Under the pieces are notes generated by a model. The model did no database searches, had not been told where the DNA came from, and saw only the letters and a list, made by a program, of their open reading frames with translations. Shown here in pieces: positions 38,501 to 50,260 of a DNA stretch of 64,000 nt; the first letter of the stretch is position 1; the number at the start of each line of letters is the position of its first letter. The position numbers and the translations under genes are program-made. Location of the stretch: NCBI GenBank assembly GCA_964036045.1, contig OZ038379.1, positions 71,052,001 to 71,116,000 of the forward strand, written 5' to 3'. This DNA is from Eutreptiella sp. 'Long Island Sound 2002'. Lineage: Eukaryota; Protista; Euglenida.

Positions 38501-38840
38501 GCTGAAGATGTCGTCCACCATGTCCCGGGTGGCCCGCCCGACCCGAGCCTCCAATGCAACCTCCAACACCAACAGTTGCCCAAAAATGAGCAGGTCCTGC
38601 CCGCCCTCCCCGTCCAGCAGGCCGAGGCAATGTTTAAGCTCCAGGGGGAGGTGGGGGTGGACATGCGTTGTATTCGGCTTAACCGACAAATGACGCTGAT
38701 CGGGGGTCCACTGCGTGAACAGTGCCCCATGCATCTCTTGCCGGGGGGGGAGGGGAGCCCGTGGTGCCTCGCAGTGCTGACGAGGACGAGGACCTCCCCC
38801 TGTTGGAGGAGGACCTCTTCCCACCTCTCCTCAATGGCCT
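35586..38840 (-). mobile_element. Element A fragment A1 (transposase part plus upstream AT-hook/coiled-coil ORF)
   Basis: Colinear with 53440-54000 plus 59510-62775. Encodes MPLAVEGTSRH, LFFRYADAK, MVCWVCD, IPDPGLHGV and the AT-hook KVGRPRK. Confidence 0.85.
36673..36910 (+). repeat. Single satellite monomer inside A1
   Basis: gtgcaaagagtgtcaagacc...gagttgctcgggaaacaaacgtgtttcccaaaggctgagaggcacc matches the monomer. Confidence 0.9.
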
Positions 38841-39270
38841 CACATGGTGCTGGGACGCATAGCATAGAAGGTAAAAAATGGCAGGAAAATGCTGAGCATA
38901 TTGCTCAAGATATTTGGGGATGCTCAGCATTCATATTCGGCAAATGGCACTCATATTGCAGGGTTGATCTCGGAAGTCCCAGCCAAAATTTCTTCCGAGC
39001 TCCCCCGGCACGGTCGGCTGGGAAGCCCATGGAACATTCCTACCGATATCGGTTGCCTTTTGGGACCCGATTTGGCTGCCAAAACTTCCGAGCATCTTTC
39101 CAAGGGATTTCACCAACTTCCAGGCGTTTTTCCACCGGTTTTTTTGTACCATGAACTACACCGTTCTTGGTTCCCAAATGCCACACCTCAGCAAAGAAAC
39201 ACACAAAAAGACAAGCATGACCGTTCACTTAAGCTTGAAATGTGAATGTTCAGTGGCTTGCCTGTTCATT

Positions 39271-41762
39271 TCAGCTTGAACTGTGAATGTTGTACTCTCC
39301 TTCGCTGAGCATCTGCACAGGACAGCCATCGCTTGACATGGCATCCACATCCACCACCCCTCCCCCAAGACTATGTACAACCACACAGCGATACTTCTTG
39401 GGTTGAGGTTGCGGTTCAGGGTTGTCACTGGATGATGAGGAAGAATCTGAGGCACTTACTGTGGAGGCACCACATAGGTGCACACCATCATCATCCGAAT
39501 CATTATCCTCAGGACTGCTACTGCTCCCACTATCACGGCTGCTGCTGCTACTGTTACTACTACTACTGCCACTACCACGAGGGCACACAAGTTGCTGCTC
39601 AATGTCGCTATCAACAATGGGTACACGAGCCAACTTCGTACGTCTCATGGATTGAACACGCTGCTGCTCGTTCAAACCCGTAGGACCTTGAAATGAAGCA
39701 GCACTGTGCTCGCCCTCCGAAGGGGGTACAATATCAACTGTCGCAGGGTTAGAAACTCTGCTTTGAGGGATGGGCCCCACACGTGCCTTACCCTTTCCCT
39801 TGTCCTTCAGCGCCTTACGGTGTGCAGCACAGGACTTAAATGTGGCACGGCTCTTCAAACCCAGTTTGGGCCACTTGCAGACAGCTTCCCTGTCCAGTGG
39901 TACCCATTGACGGAAACCACGCTTTGAGCCACAGGTCCCACACACACATACCACATCACTCTCGGGATTTGCACCTGGAAAGGTGCGTTTCACCGAACGG
40001 GTGTCTGGGTGCATATATAGGGAGCAACCACGTCCATCCTGGAAATGCAGCAAATGCTCTAAGAGGCGTTGGAAGACCACATGCCACACGGCATTGGCAG
40101 CAACCATGCACGCCTCCAGAACAACGCTTCGTTGCACGGGCGCCAAAATTTTGGCACAGGGGATCTTCTTTTTTTTCTGCACGAACTTTTGATACAGCTC
40201 ATGCTTCAAACTTTCACTAATACTGGCATCTTGCCTGGTACTAGTGACGGGGGCATTTCTCTTGGCCACCCTGAGATCCCGCTCGCCAGCCTCATCGGAA
40301 TACAACATGGGTGTCCGTGGATTGAACCACGTGTGGGAACACCCATGCATATATAAGGTTGCAGTGCAACCTTCTTCAGCAAACTCGGGGATGATGTGCA
40401 CAATATATGTGTACAACATCCCCATAGCTTGCCATGTGACAGTTGCCAGGTTGTTACAACCATAGCATGGATGCACCATGTGGCAAAATGTCACCACCAA
40501 GGAATGGAAAGGCAGGGGGAGCACCATACCCTCTGCTAGTCTGCCCATGACTGTGCAGGCCTCGCGACCTGTGAGGCTAATGCCTGCCTGGAATTTACCT
40601 CGCACGTGACGCATGTGCTGCCTGCTATCAGGTGGCAAAGTTCCAGGATCATACCTCCTTGCCACATGTGCTATGACCTGGAGCAGGTCATGGTTGTAGG
40701 GCGCTGGTAGTGTTCGACCTATGACACCGAGGATCCTGGAGGCTGCTCCTTTGGTGTTGTGCAATACAGGTTGCACAATATATACCTCTTCCACGTTAGA
40801 AACCCCCTGAAACTTATGGGACCCACGCACACCATTGAGACATCCCCCTTTGTGCAAAAAGAGTTCTCCCGCCCCATCCTTATTCACCCAGGGACACGCC
40901 ACACAGCCCTTGTGCCGGCACTCAGGCAACAAATGGTGGTGAGCGGCAGTGATTGCCCCGAGCCTTATCTGCAGGGTGGTGTTGTACACTGCACCAGCAT
41001 ACTTCATACGTTGCTTAAATTTACAAGAAGGCACGGCTTGTAAGGCCTCTGCACGTTTGGGTAGCCACTCGCAATCACTGACCTTGGGAAGCTCTTGCCC
41101 AGTCAACATGTCTGTGCACCTAGGCACATTGCCAAACATTGGGAACCAGTGTCCCTGGAAATCAATTATACTGAATTTTGTGTTAAATTTGGACGGCCCC
41201 GGGGCTGGTAACCGTCTGCGTAGAGGCCTAAGGTCAGGGTGGCATGGGGTGGTGGGGGTTTTTGCCGGCCTTGGGCAGCCAATGAGCCACACTTCTGTAG
41301 AAGTAGGTGGCACAGCTGTGGTAACAACTTCCTGTTGTCCAGGGAGTAGTCCACTGCAGGAAGATGCAAGTCCTCCTGTTGCCTTAAAGCAACCATTGAC
41401 CAACCAACCCCTGGTTGGAGATGGTCTAAGGTGCGCAAGACAGCGGCTGGCACCACATGCTCATGGCAAAGGCGAAGTGCAGCAGCCTGGCACTGTGGTG
41501 CTTCGGTGACTGATGTGCCCTGTATGGTAGGCAAAGGGCCAAGGGACCTACGCACAACTGTGAAGGTGCCACTTGGGGGGCACTGTAGCTGGTGTAGGTC
41601 CTTGGCCTGCAAGGGGGTAGCGGTGGGGAAGTTCATGGCAAAGGTTGACACCATGAATTGATCAGCTAGAATAGGGCACATGCTGGCAAATGCCTCCAGC
41701 TTGGAGATCTCCCCCTTCACCCATATAGCATGGTTGTTCACAACAAATTCATGGTGAAACAT
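39271..41762 (-). pseudogene. RAG1/Transib-type DDE transposase, near-intact (one frameshift at ~41180)
   Basis: ORF 41166-41762 supplies TLGLYADGYQ (D1). The 710-aa ORF supplies GAITAAHH (D2 site GCT, one base from GAT), GCVAC, VQPVLHNT, LYMHGCSH, YSDEAGERDLRVAKR, a C-terminal CVCGTC and an acidic Ser-rich tail. Confidence 0.7.
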
Positions 41763-41791
41763 GGTGCCTTGGAAACAGAAGATTGCAGTAG

Positions 41792-42300
41792 GCCACTGTT
41801 TTGGTTTGTTTCAAAGGAACCATGTATAGAAAGCCCCAACCAGTACCTTTCACCAGAACCTTGAATTGCCTGGATTGCTCCAACCAGTTTCGAGATCCAT
41901 GGGTCAAAAGTGTGCTCGACTATCCGCCCCCCCACTCTGCGCCACTGTTTTGGTTTGTTTCAAGGGAACCATGTATGGAAAGCCCCAAGCAGTACCTTTC
42001 ACCAGAACCTTGAATTGCCAGGATTGCTCCAACCAGTTTCGAGATCCAAGGGTCCAAAGTGTGCTCGACTATCCGCCCCCTCACTCTGCGCCACTGTTTT
42101 GCTTGGTTTCAAAGGAACCATGTATGGAAAGCCCCAAGCAGTACCTTTCACCAGAACCTTGAATTGCCAGGATTGCTCCAAACAGTTTCGAGATCCAAGC
42201 GTCCAAAGTGTGCTCGACTATCCGCCCCCTCCCTCTGCGCCACTGTTTTGGTTTGTTTCAAAGGAACCATGTATGGAAAGGCCCAAGCAGTACCTTTCAC
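41792..42300 (+). repeat. 149-bp tandem repeat, ~3.4 units, between ORF-U and the transposase of E
   Basis: gccactgtttt starts at 41792, 41941, 42090 and 42239. Confidence 0.95.
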
Positions 42301-42526
42301 CACCCTCCCACTCCCAAGTTCGGCCAGTCGACCCGAGGAGATGGGGACGGCGGCAGGAGCTGGTGGCTGGGCGCGGGCAGCGAGGGAAGCAAAGATCGAA
42401 GACATCAGAGCGAAAAAGAGGGCTGATGAAGACCCAACACAGTGCATCCCCAGCTTAGGCAGGGGGGGGGGGCTTCTGCGGTCTCAACCTGGCCCTGGAC
42501 CTCACCCTTGGCTTGCAACCATGCAC

Positions 42527-43543
42527 CTAAGATGGTAAGTCGCTGCCGCTTTGGTGCGCCCTCATAGGTTTGGGGGCTGGGGCCAAAAGAAACTCAATGC
42601 CCCACAAGACACCGTGCGCATGGTGCGTGGGTTGCTGGTCTGTTCCGAAAACCTCACCGTCGGGGGGGGTAACCACCTTTTCCCACGTGCCTGAGGGGGC
42701 TTGGTCCCACACCCGCCAGCCGTCCTTTTCCCCGAAAAACCTGTACCACATGTGCACCTGTGATGGTGGCTCTGAGGGCGCTGTGAATCGTTGCATGTGG
42801 GGACTCGTAGAAGGCATCGTTTATGATAACCCTCAAAACCTCGAACGGAACATGAATAAATGAGAGGGGGGGAACTGCACGTTGCAGGTAACTACTTTTT
42901 TGGACCGCTTGTTGATCTTGGCCTCTTTGAACCAAGTAACTACATCGCTCTGGGTCCACTTTAACTCGCGAATGGTACTATCCGTGTGTGTGGACAGTAT
43001 TGATTTCAAGTACATGTAATGTACACGCAGCCTCTCTTCAGATTCCTCTGCAAAGGTCCGGTCCGTGTTGTATTTCGGATTCGGACCAACAATGCAGAGG
43101 TTTCTGTATTGTACAGTGTACGAAGTCTCATGTTTGCTGGGGCTTGTCTTGCCCACAGCCTCCCGTGTCGTCAAGACTGGGATTGAAAAATGCTTATGCA
43201 TAAGCACAGCTAGCAAGGTAGCCTTCGGCTGGATGCGGTATCCATCATGGACGACCCTGTCTAAAAAACCCCTTAGCATTCTGGGTTCAATGGTCTGTGA
43301 CGGCTTATGCCGCAGGCACAGTGCTGCTAGGGCGTGTTGGAGGCGCGATTGTGTATCACCCGGTTCGGGAACTTCGGTATTGGCTGTGTCCGCGTCAATG
43401 AGCTCGCCCTCAAGCTCCAAATCTGGTTCCGGGAGCTGCTGAACGGGCTGGGGGGGGCGAGCGGACGAAGACGACGCACTAGCGGCACTGCCTTGACTAC
43501 TAGACATGTCTCTTGCAGGTGACAAAAAGTGTTCTGAGCACAA
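42527..43543 (-). pseudogene. Degenerate ORF-U, copy 2 (unknown family)
   Basis: A 236-aa ORF plus frameshifted tails: DADTANTEVP..RLQHALAALCLRHKP..EPRM..VGKTSPSKHE, LRVIINDA..ATITGAHVV and GWRVWDQAPSG. Confidence 0.7.
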
Positions 43544-44009
43544 AAAGGGAATACATTAGTGAGTCTACTCAAAAGGGCCTAGGTGAGAAAGCGACACACA
43601 TGCAAAAAGAAAACCACAAAAGCAGGCACAAAGCTTCACAAGATACAAAGGGCAAACATTCATAAGCTTGAGTGCACTCTTCTCGATGCAAGATTGTAGG
43701 CAAAGCAGCCACCAAGGATCAAACTGGCGTTGCACATGTCAAAAGCAAAAGTCCAAATTCACAAAGGAGCACAAAGGGCAAGCAATCATAAGCTTGAGCA
43801 CAGTGTTCTCCATGCAGTTTTGTAGGCAAAGCAGACAAAGGGTAGACAAACATTAGCTTCAACGTGCTGTTCTCCATGGCATCTTGCAGGCAAGGTAGGC
43901 ACGAAGCATCCAACCAAAATTCCACTGGGTTCGGGCTGAAAAATTTCTTCCGAGCTCCCCCGGCACGGTCGGCTGGGAAGCCCATGGAACATTCCTACCG
44001 ATATCGGTT

Positions 44010-44303
44010 GCGTGTGGGGGGCACTATAGCCTTAAGTGCCCACGTCACCTCCACGTCCCCGCACGTTGAATCCCCCTTCACGACCTTCATCTCGTGCGCC
44101 CCATTCCACATCAAGATGCCCCCCGCGTGCACGATGGCGAGGGAGATGTCGTGGGCGGAGCGGGAGAGGAACACGGGGTGGTGTGTGCACACGGGGGCCC
44201 TAGCTCCACCTCGGGGGGGCTGAAGATGTCGTCCACCATGTCCCAGGTGGCCAGCCCAACCCGAGCCTCCAATCCAACCCCCAACACCAACGGTTGCCCA
44301 AAA
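44010..44303 (-). mobile_element. Element A fragment A3b
   Basis: Matches 38293-38585 and 62225-62517 (gcgtgtggggggcactatagcc...ttgcccaaaa). Confidence 0.9.
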
Positions 44304-45399
44304 CTTAGGAGGCCTTAATTGCCCGGGGGGGTGGGGGGGGGGGGTCTGCGAAATGAAGGCCATTCATGGGGTGAAAAAAATGGTGAATTACTACCCCCTA
44401 ATTGCACACAGCGCACAACGTATGAAATTTTTTGCTGAAATCATGCCCCATATTGTCCAATTGGACCATTTTGCCTGCAATTGAGGACACTACGAATCAT
44501 GCAAAACAGGCATTCAAATTCAAAGAAATAGCACTCAAGGACAAATTGCATTGTCCACAAAAGGGGTTCTGTTGTGTAAAGATGACACACTGTGAAACAG
44601 TACACTGATGTATGGTGAAACAAACCCCCACTTTAAGGAAATCTCAATGAGACGCGAAATTTCGCCACATTTGGCAAAATACAGCACATTGAGGTATGAA
44701 ATACTGTCAGCGCATTACCTGCTTGCCACAGTACAAGATTGATACAAAATATCACAGACATACGATTCGAACCATAAAAAACTCTTTAGAATCAATCAAT
44801 ATACAAACATGCATCACAGAAACTACCAAATGTTGCCCACAAAAGGCAATTCCATGTGCCAACACCCACAAAGGGTGAGCCAAAACAACAAATCCAATAA
44901 AGTCGGACACAAATTAAATTAATGTCAACTGCTCAGAGGATGGTGGTTTTGCAGTCACCAAAACCTAAATCACCGTCGTCGTTTGTTCCCCAAGCGCGTT
45001 CCTTTTTGAGGTTGCTGTTGTGGCTGGGCTGCTGGTGCAGTCCCACCACTGACCAAATTCGCAAAGATGTGCAATCCCTCTGGTGACGGTGACTGTCCTC
45101 TGGGCTCAAAAAGTGGATGCGTATTTCCTTTGTGTGGCGTGACCAACTGCTGACTCTGCTGTTGTGTCTCCTGCTCATCATCTTGCGCCGCTGGAGCCTC
45201 AACAGAGGGTGATCGAGCCCTTTTTGTAGGCATTGCTTGGGCTTTGGTACTGCGACTTGCCACAACCACCCTTAGCAGTGCCGGAATCATGTCCTGTGGT
45301 CACGTCACGTCATAATTGCCTCAGAACAGTGAAAAGATTGCATACAAGATTGTCGGAATGTTCATAAAATCCATCAAAAGCACAACCTTCGGTACAAAT

Positions 45400-45965
45400 G
45401 AAATCAAAGTAAAATACACAAATGCAAATACACAATAAAGGCATTAATTCATCAAATAACGAAGGAGTGACAAAGTTTCACGTCTCATTGGAGAAAAGAT
45501 GCATGAAAAAGGGGTATGATATCAGCTAATTTCAAAGGAGTGGCGAAATTTCGCTTCATTTTGGAATTTGGCTGATTTTGGGGTACAAAGCAAATCAAAG
45601 TAACAAACATAAATGCAAATGCACAATAAGGGCATTAATTCATCAAATAATGAAGGAGTGACGAAATTTTGCGTCTCATTGGACAAAAAATGCATGAAAA
45701 AGGGGTATGATATCAGCCAATTTCAAAGGAGTGGCGAAATTTCGCTTCATTTTGGAATTTGGGTGATTTGGGGGTACAAAGCGAATCAAAGTAACATACA
45801 CAAATGCAAATACACAATAAGGGCATTAATTCATCAAACAATGAAGCAGTGACGAAAGTTTGCGTCTCATTGGAGAAAAAAGGCATGAAAAAGGGTATGA
45901 TATCGGCCAGTTTCAAAGGAGTGGCGAAATTTCGCTTCATTTTGGAATTTGGCCGATTTGGGGGT
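45400..45965 (+). repeat. 191-bp tandem repeat x3 with GCGAAATTTCGC palindrome
   Basis: aatcaaagt starts at 45402, 45593 and 45784. Confidence 0.93.
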
Positions 45966-47689
45966 TGAAATTGACTAATCGGAATTCGAACATTGGTATG
46001 GTTGAAAAAATGGCTTTTAAAATGCAAACTAAAACAGTGACTCGCCCCCACCCCCTACATTTCAGACCCTAAAAAAACACCTCAGTTCGGGGTAACAAAT
46101 TCGACTTCATGAGGGTCACCAGGGCGGGCAATTAAGGCCTCCTAAGTTTGATGATCCCCATGGGAGGTACCCTTGCCAAATCCTCCAGCCGGAGCTTTAG
46201 TCGGGTCTCACTGACCTTCCTGATTTGCCCATGTTCCCGGTTCACGTCCAGCCGAAGGACCTTGTAGGATAACACCGCTGTCTTCTGGACCGCATCTGCT
46301 AGAGTGACTGTTTTCGAAGGTCCCTTCTTGCTTGCACGGGTGTGCGCCGTCCGTTGACTGGAGCCCTCGAAAGACCCGTGCGATGGTTGTGACAATCAGG
46401 GTGGCTCTGGGGCCACAGGCACATTGTTATTTGATTTTCGGGGTACGGATGACATGACAACGGGGGCTTCGAGGAAATTGAGGTGCTCTGGTCATGGATC
46501 TCAGTGACACACGGCGGTAATTTGTGGTTTTCGGTACCCACTGTCCCTAATTTATAGCTTGTGCAAAGGGAAATCCATGAAAAATGCATATTGTACCCTG
46601 AATCACACGTCATGATATTGTCAGCAAAAGATAGTACATCACATTAGCAAAGGCGGGATCACAGACAAAGAAACAGTAGCGAATTGTTGGTAGGACTGGC
46701 TGCAGCGTAACAATACCCTTTACCGGGCAGGCTTGAAACATACACAACAGCAAAACTATGCGAAATTTTTTGTCTCAATACAAAAATGGGAAAACCAATA
46801 TTGAAAACACCAATTATGCCAGATGTGGCGAAATTTCGGCATCCAATGCAAAAAGACCACAACCAAAGGACAGTTTCGGGTACATTGCAAGGACAACAGG
46901 TATGTCAGTCCCATGTTGAACCTGTCCAAAAACCATCTCTTCATCTAGAATTGCTACTGTATCGTCATCATCCGACACCGTACTGTTATCACTGTCGCCG
47001 TGGACTGCAAACAAGGCCACCTCAGGGCCATCGTGCTCGTCATCGCTTGCAATATCCGCACCTAGCTGTTGGTACACTGAATCATGTCAAGAAGAGCATA
47101 AACCCGCCCAAACAAGTCTGCACGACGTAGATGCAAAGCATCAACACGTGCCCTAATTGTCTGGACAGCATGAATTAGTGAGACGTGACCCGGAAATGGC
47201 GGTAGCGCTGGCAAATGCAAGACAGCCACAGCTGTGCAATTTATGGAGTGGTCAAGATGCAGTGGATCCACCCCATAATTGAAATAGGCATTGGTACATC
47301 TTGGGATTGTGCATGAGAGGCTGCCATCTTTCTCAAAAGTCGCCACAAGCATATCACGTGATTTGAGAAAACAATGTGGCAATGGGGCTTCTTCCGTAAT
47401 CCACACGCAAACAGCAACCGTGTAAGATCCATCCGTGAACGTCGATTGTTCACATTGCCAAGGCCCGGACGGCCAAAAACCTTGCAGAGCCCCCATTGGC
47501 AACATCCGTCATGAGGTGATCAACGTTCTGAAACCCACGTCTTGCCACAACCACCCTTAGCAGTGCGGAATCCATGCCCTGTGGTCACCTCACAGCAAAG
47601 AATCACATAATTGCCTCAGAATAGTGAAAAGACGGCATACCAAGACCGTCATCATGGTCATATAATTCATCAAAGGCGCACATTTCGGT

Positions 47690-48260
47690 ACAAATCAAAT
47701 CAAATCAACATACGTAAATGCAAATGCACAATAAGGGCATGAATTCATCAAATAATGAAGAAGTGACGAAATTTCGCGTCTCATTGGAGAAAAAATGCAT
47801 GAAAAAGGGGTATGATATCAGCTAATTTCAAAGGAGTGGCGAAATTTCGCTTCATTTTGGAATTTGGCTGATTTCGGGGTACAAAGCAAATCAAAGTAAC
47901 ATACACAAATGCAAATACACAACAGGGGCATTAATTCATCAAACAATGAAGGAGTGACAAAATTTTGCATCTCATTGGACAAAAAATGCATGAAAAGGGG
48001 GTATGATATCGGCCAATTTCAAAGGAGTGGCGAAATTTCGCTTCATTTTGGAATTTGGCTGATTTCGGGGTACAAAGCAAATCAAAGTAACATGCACAAA
48101 TGCAAATACACAATAAGGGCATTAATTCATCAAACAAAGAAGGAGTGACGAAAGTTCGCGTCTCATTGGACAAAAAAGGCATGAAAAAGGGGTATGATAT
48201 CGGCCAATTTCAAAGGAGTGGCGAAATTTCATTTCATTTTGGAATTTGGCCGATTTGGGG
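47690..48260 (+). repeat. Second copy of the 191-bp x3 array
   Basis: Same unit as 45400-45965. Confidence 0.93.
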
Positions 48261-48440
48261 GGTTGAAATTGACTATTCGGAATTCGAACATGGGTATCGT
48301 TGAAAAAATGGTTTTGGGAAACAAACTGAAACAGTGACTCGCTCCCCCCTGCATTTCAGACCCTAAAAAAACACCCTAGTTCGGGGTAACAAATTCCACT
48401 TCTTGAGGGTCACAAGGGCGGGCAATTAAGGCCTCCGAAG

Positions 48441-50260
48441 CAACAATGGGCACGTCCTCCCCACCCTCCCCGTCCATCAGGCGGAGGCAATCCTTTAGCT
48501 CCAGGGGGAGGTGGGGGTCGAGATGCGTTGCATTCGGCTGAACCCGCAAACGACGCTGATCGGGGGTCCACTGCGTGACCAGTGCCCCCTGCATCTCTTC
48601 CCCGGGGGGGGGGGGGAGCCCGTGGTGCCCGGCAGTGCTGACAAGGACGAGGACCTCCCCCTGTTGGAGGAGGACCTCGTCCCACCAATGGCCTCCCCCA
48701 GCCCCGTTCCCGCCTGGATCTTTAGGCTGTACTGGGCGGAGAGGGCCACGAAGGTCGAGATGTTGCAGCTCGAGGGGCTGCGGTCACGGGGGGGCGGCAT
48801 ATCTGGGGCAGTCGAAACATCCGTGTGGGGGAGCTGGTCCCCCGACTCAGCACCCGACACGATGATGGAACAAGGCATGTCAAACAGGTCTTCCAACGGA
48901 TCTGGGACACGGTCGTTGATGTTGTTAATAAATTTTGAGTATGGGCACTTGCCGTTCCCCCGGTCTTGGTGGGCTTGGACTGGTACCGCAGGGGGAGGGT
49001 GGGGTCCTTCCTCTGCTCCTCCACCGGTTCCACATTGAACACCGGGTCAAAATGTTGACGAACTTGGTTCCCTGCCGCCCAAATTTTTTCCACCCGCCCC
49101 TGGGTGGTCTTGCAGTCCTCCGCGACAAGAATATCGCGGTGAACTGGGTAGCCGAGGCGCTCCACAAAGGTACGAACCATCCGGGGGGCTGGGTGGTCAG
49201 CCAAAACGGAGGGGTTGGTGGTGGCATACGAGGGGGCGTCCTGCAGGGCTGCCCTACGCCAGGAGGGCTCGGGCGTAATGAAACGGGGGGGGGGGGTTCC
49301 GCGATTCCCCAATACCAACTTAGCCCCTTCATCCTATGGAGAGTGGGCAGAGTGATATCGGGGATGTGGTTGAGAGGGGGCTTGGTTGGGCGGCTGGGCA
49401 AGATGCCCACATCGTCCCACCACTAGGCCTGCACTGCCTTCCATTCAAAAGGAATTTTGGAGTGGTCACCCTGCGGCTCACCGGCAGGAAAGTAGTTATT
49501 GGTGGCAATCATGTCCATCCGCATGGGGTAGTAGACGAGGCCAGTGGTGGGGTAGATGGCACAGAGGCCGGGCTTGGGTTTGCCCACGATGTGTGTGGCC
49601 ATGATACCCAAAAGGCTGTCCACGGTTGAACCGGCGGGAATGAGCCGGACGGCCCGCAACCCTGGGAGGGCCGCCTGCAACTCCCGAAAAAGGTGAGTGG
49701 TCCAACCTTTTTTCCCAAACCATCCCGCCCTTTCGGGTGTTCGCATGTCAACATGAATCAACTGGGGGGGAGTGGCCAACCCCTTCGCCCACCCCACCAC
49801 CTCCTCCACTGCCAGGCCCCCCGTGTACGTGGCCTCCTCCAATGTGCCGGAGCGAAGGGGGATGCCCTGGTAGTGGCCCAAGGTGCCATCGGACGGGTTG
49901 GGGAGTGAGAGTGACCCAATCTGGGAAAGGGGATGCGACTCTTGAGTGGACATTTTCACAAAGAAAGCGAAGGTGAGGTCTTAACAAAAGAGATACGACA
50001 AGAACAGCATGCTCATGCAAAAATCAATGGATATTCGGGCAAAATTCGCGCGAATGTGAATGTGGATACAGATGAGAATACAATTGCCAACGAGGTTGCG
50101 AATTCGAACGCGAATTCAGTTTTTTTTTGTGAATTTAAGCTACATTATGACCGATTCAAGCTACAATTCACGCCGCTTGAATTTTTATGAATTTTTTGCG
50201 AGGTAAGCATAGCAAACGGGCACAAAGACAAGGCACCACGGGCAAAACGGGCAAGAAATC
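48441..50260 (-). mobile_element. Element A fragment A3a (5' region)
   Basis: 48447-49940 is colinear with 62520-64000; a ttcgcgcgaa-containing intron-like stretch lies at ~49982-50260. Confidence 0.85.
49423..49959 (-). CDS. Element A cargo ORF segment, GNAT acetyltransferase-like
   Basis: LIHVDMRTPERAGWFGKKGWTTHLFRELQAALPGLRAVRL resembles GNAT beta4/motif A/alpha3/beta5. A second copy lies at 63469-64000. Confidence 0.35.
   Translation of the reverse strand: MKMSTQESHPLSQIGSLSLPNPSDGTLGHYQGIPLRSGTLEEATYTGGLAVEEVVGWAKGLATPPQLIHVDMRTPERAGWFGKKGWTTHLFRELQAALPGLRAVRLIPAGSTVDSLLGIMATHIVGKPKPGLCAIYPTTGLVYYPMRMDMIATNNYFPAGEPQGDHSKIPFEWKAVQA

Larger units (their letters stand above)
38841..44011 (-). 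mobile_element. Element E: RAG1/Transib-type DNA transposon, left end intact, right end lost
   Basis: Begins CACATGG directly against A sequence. A ~70-bp subterminal direct repeat (tcttccgagctccccc...ccgatatcggttgc) lies near both ends (~38986-39056, ~43941-44011). Carries ORF-U, a 149-bp array and a long transposase ORF. Confidence 0.75.
44304..48440. mobile_element. Element D: composite TIR element with one left end and two right ends; no transposase recognised
   Basis: Left end cttaggaggccttaattgccc at 44304; inverted copies gggcaattaaggcctcctaag end at 46146 and ...ggcctccgaag at 48440. Segment ~45256-46146 is duplicated at ~47541-48440. Confidence 0.8.
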
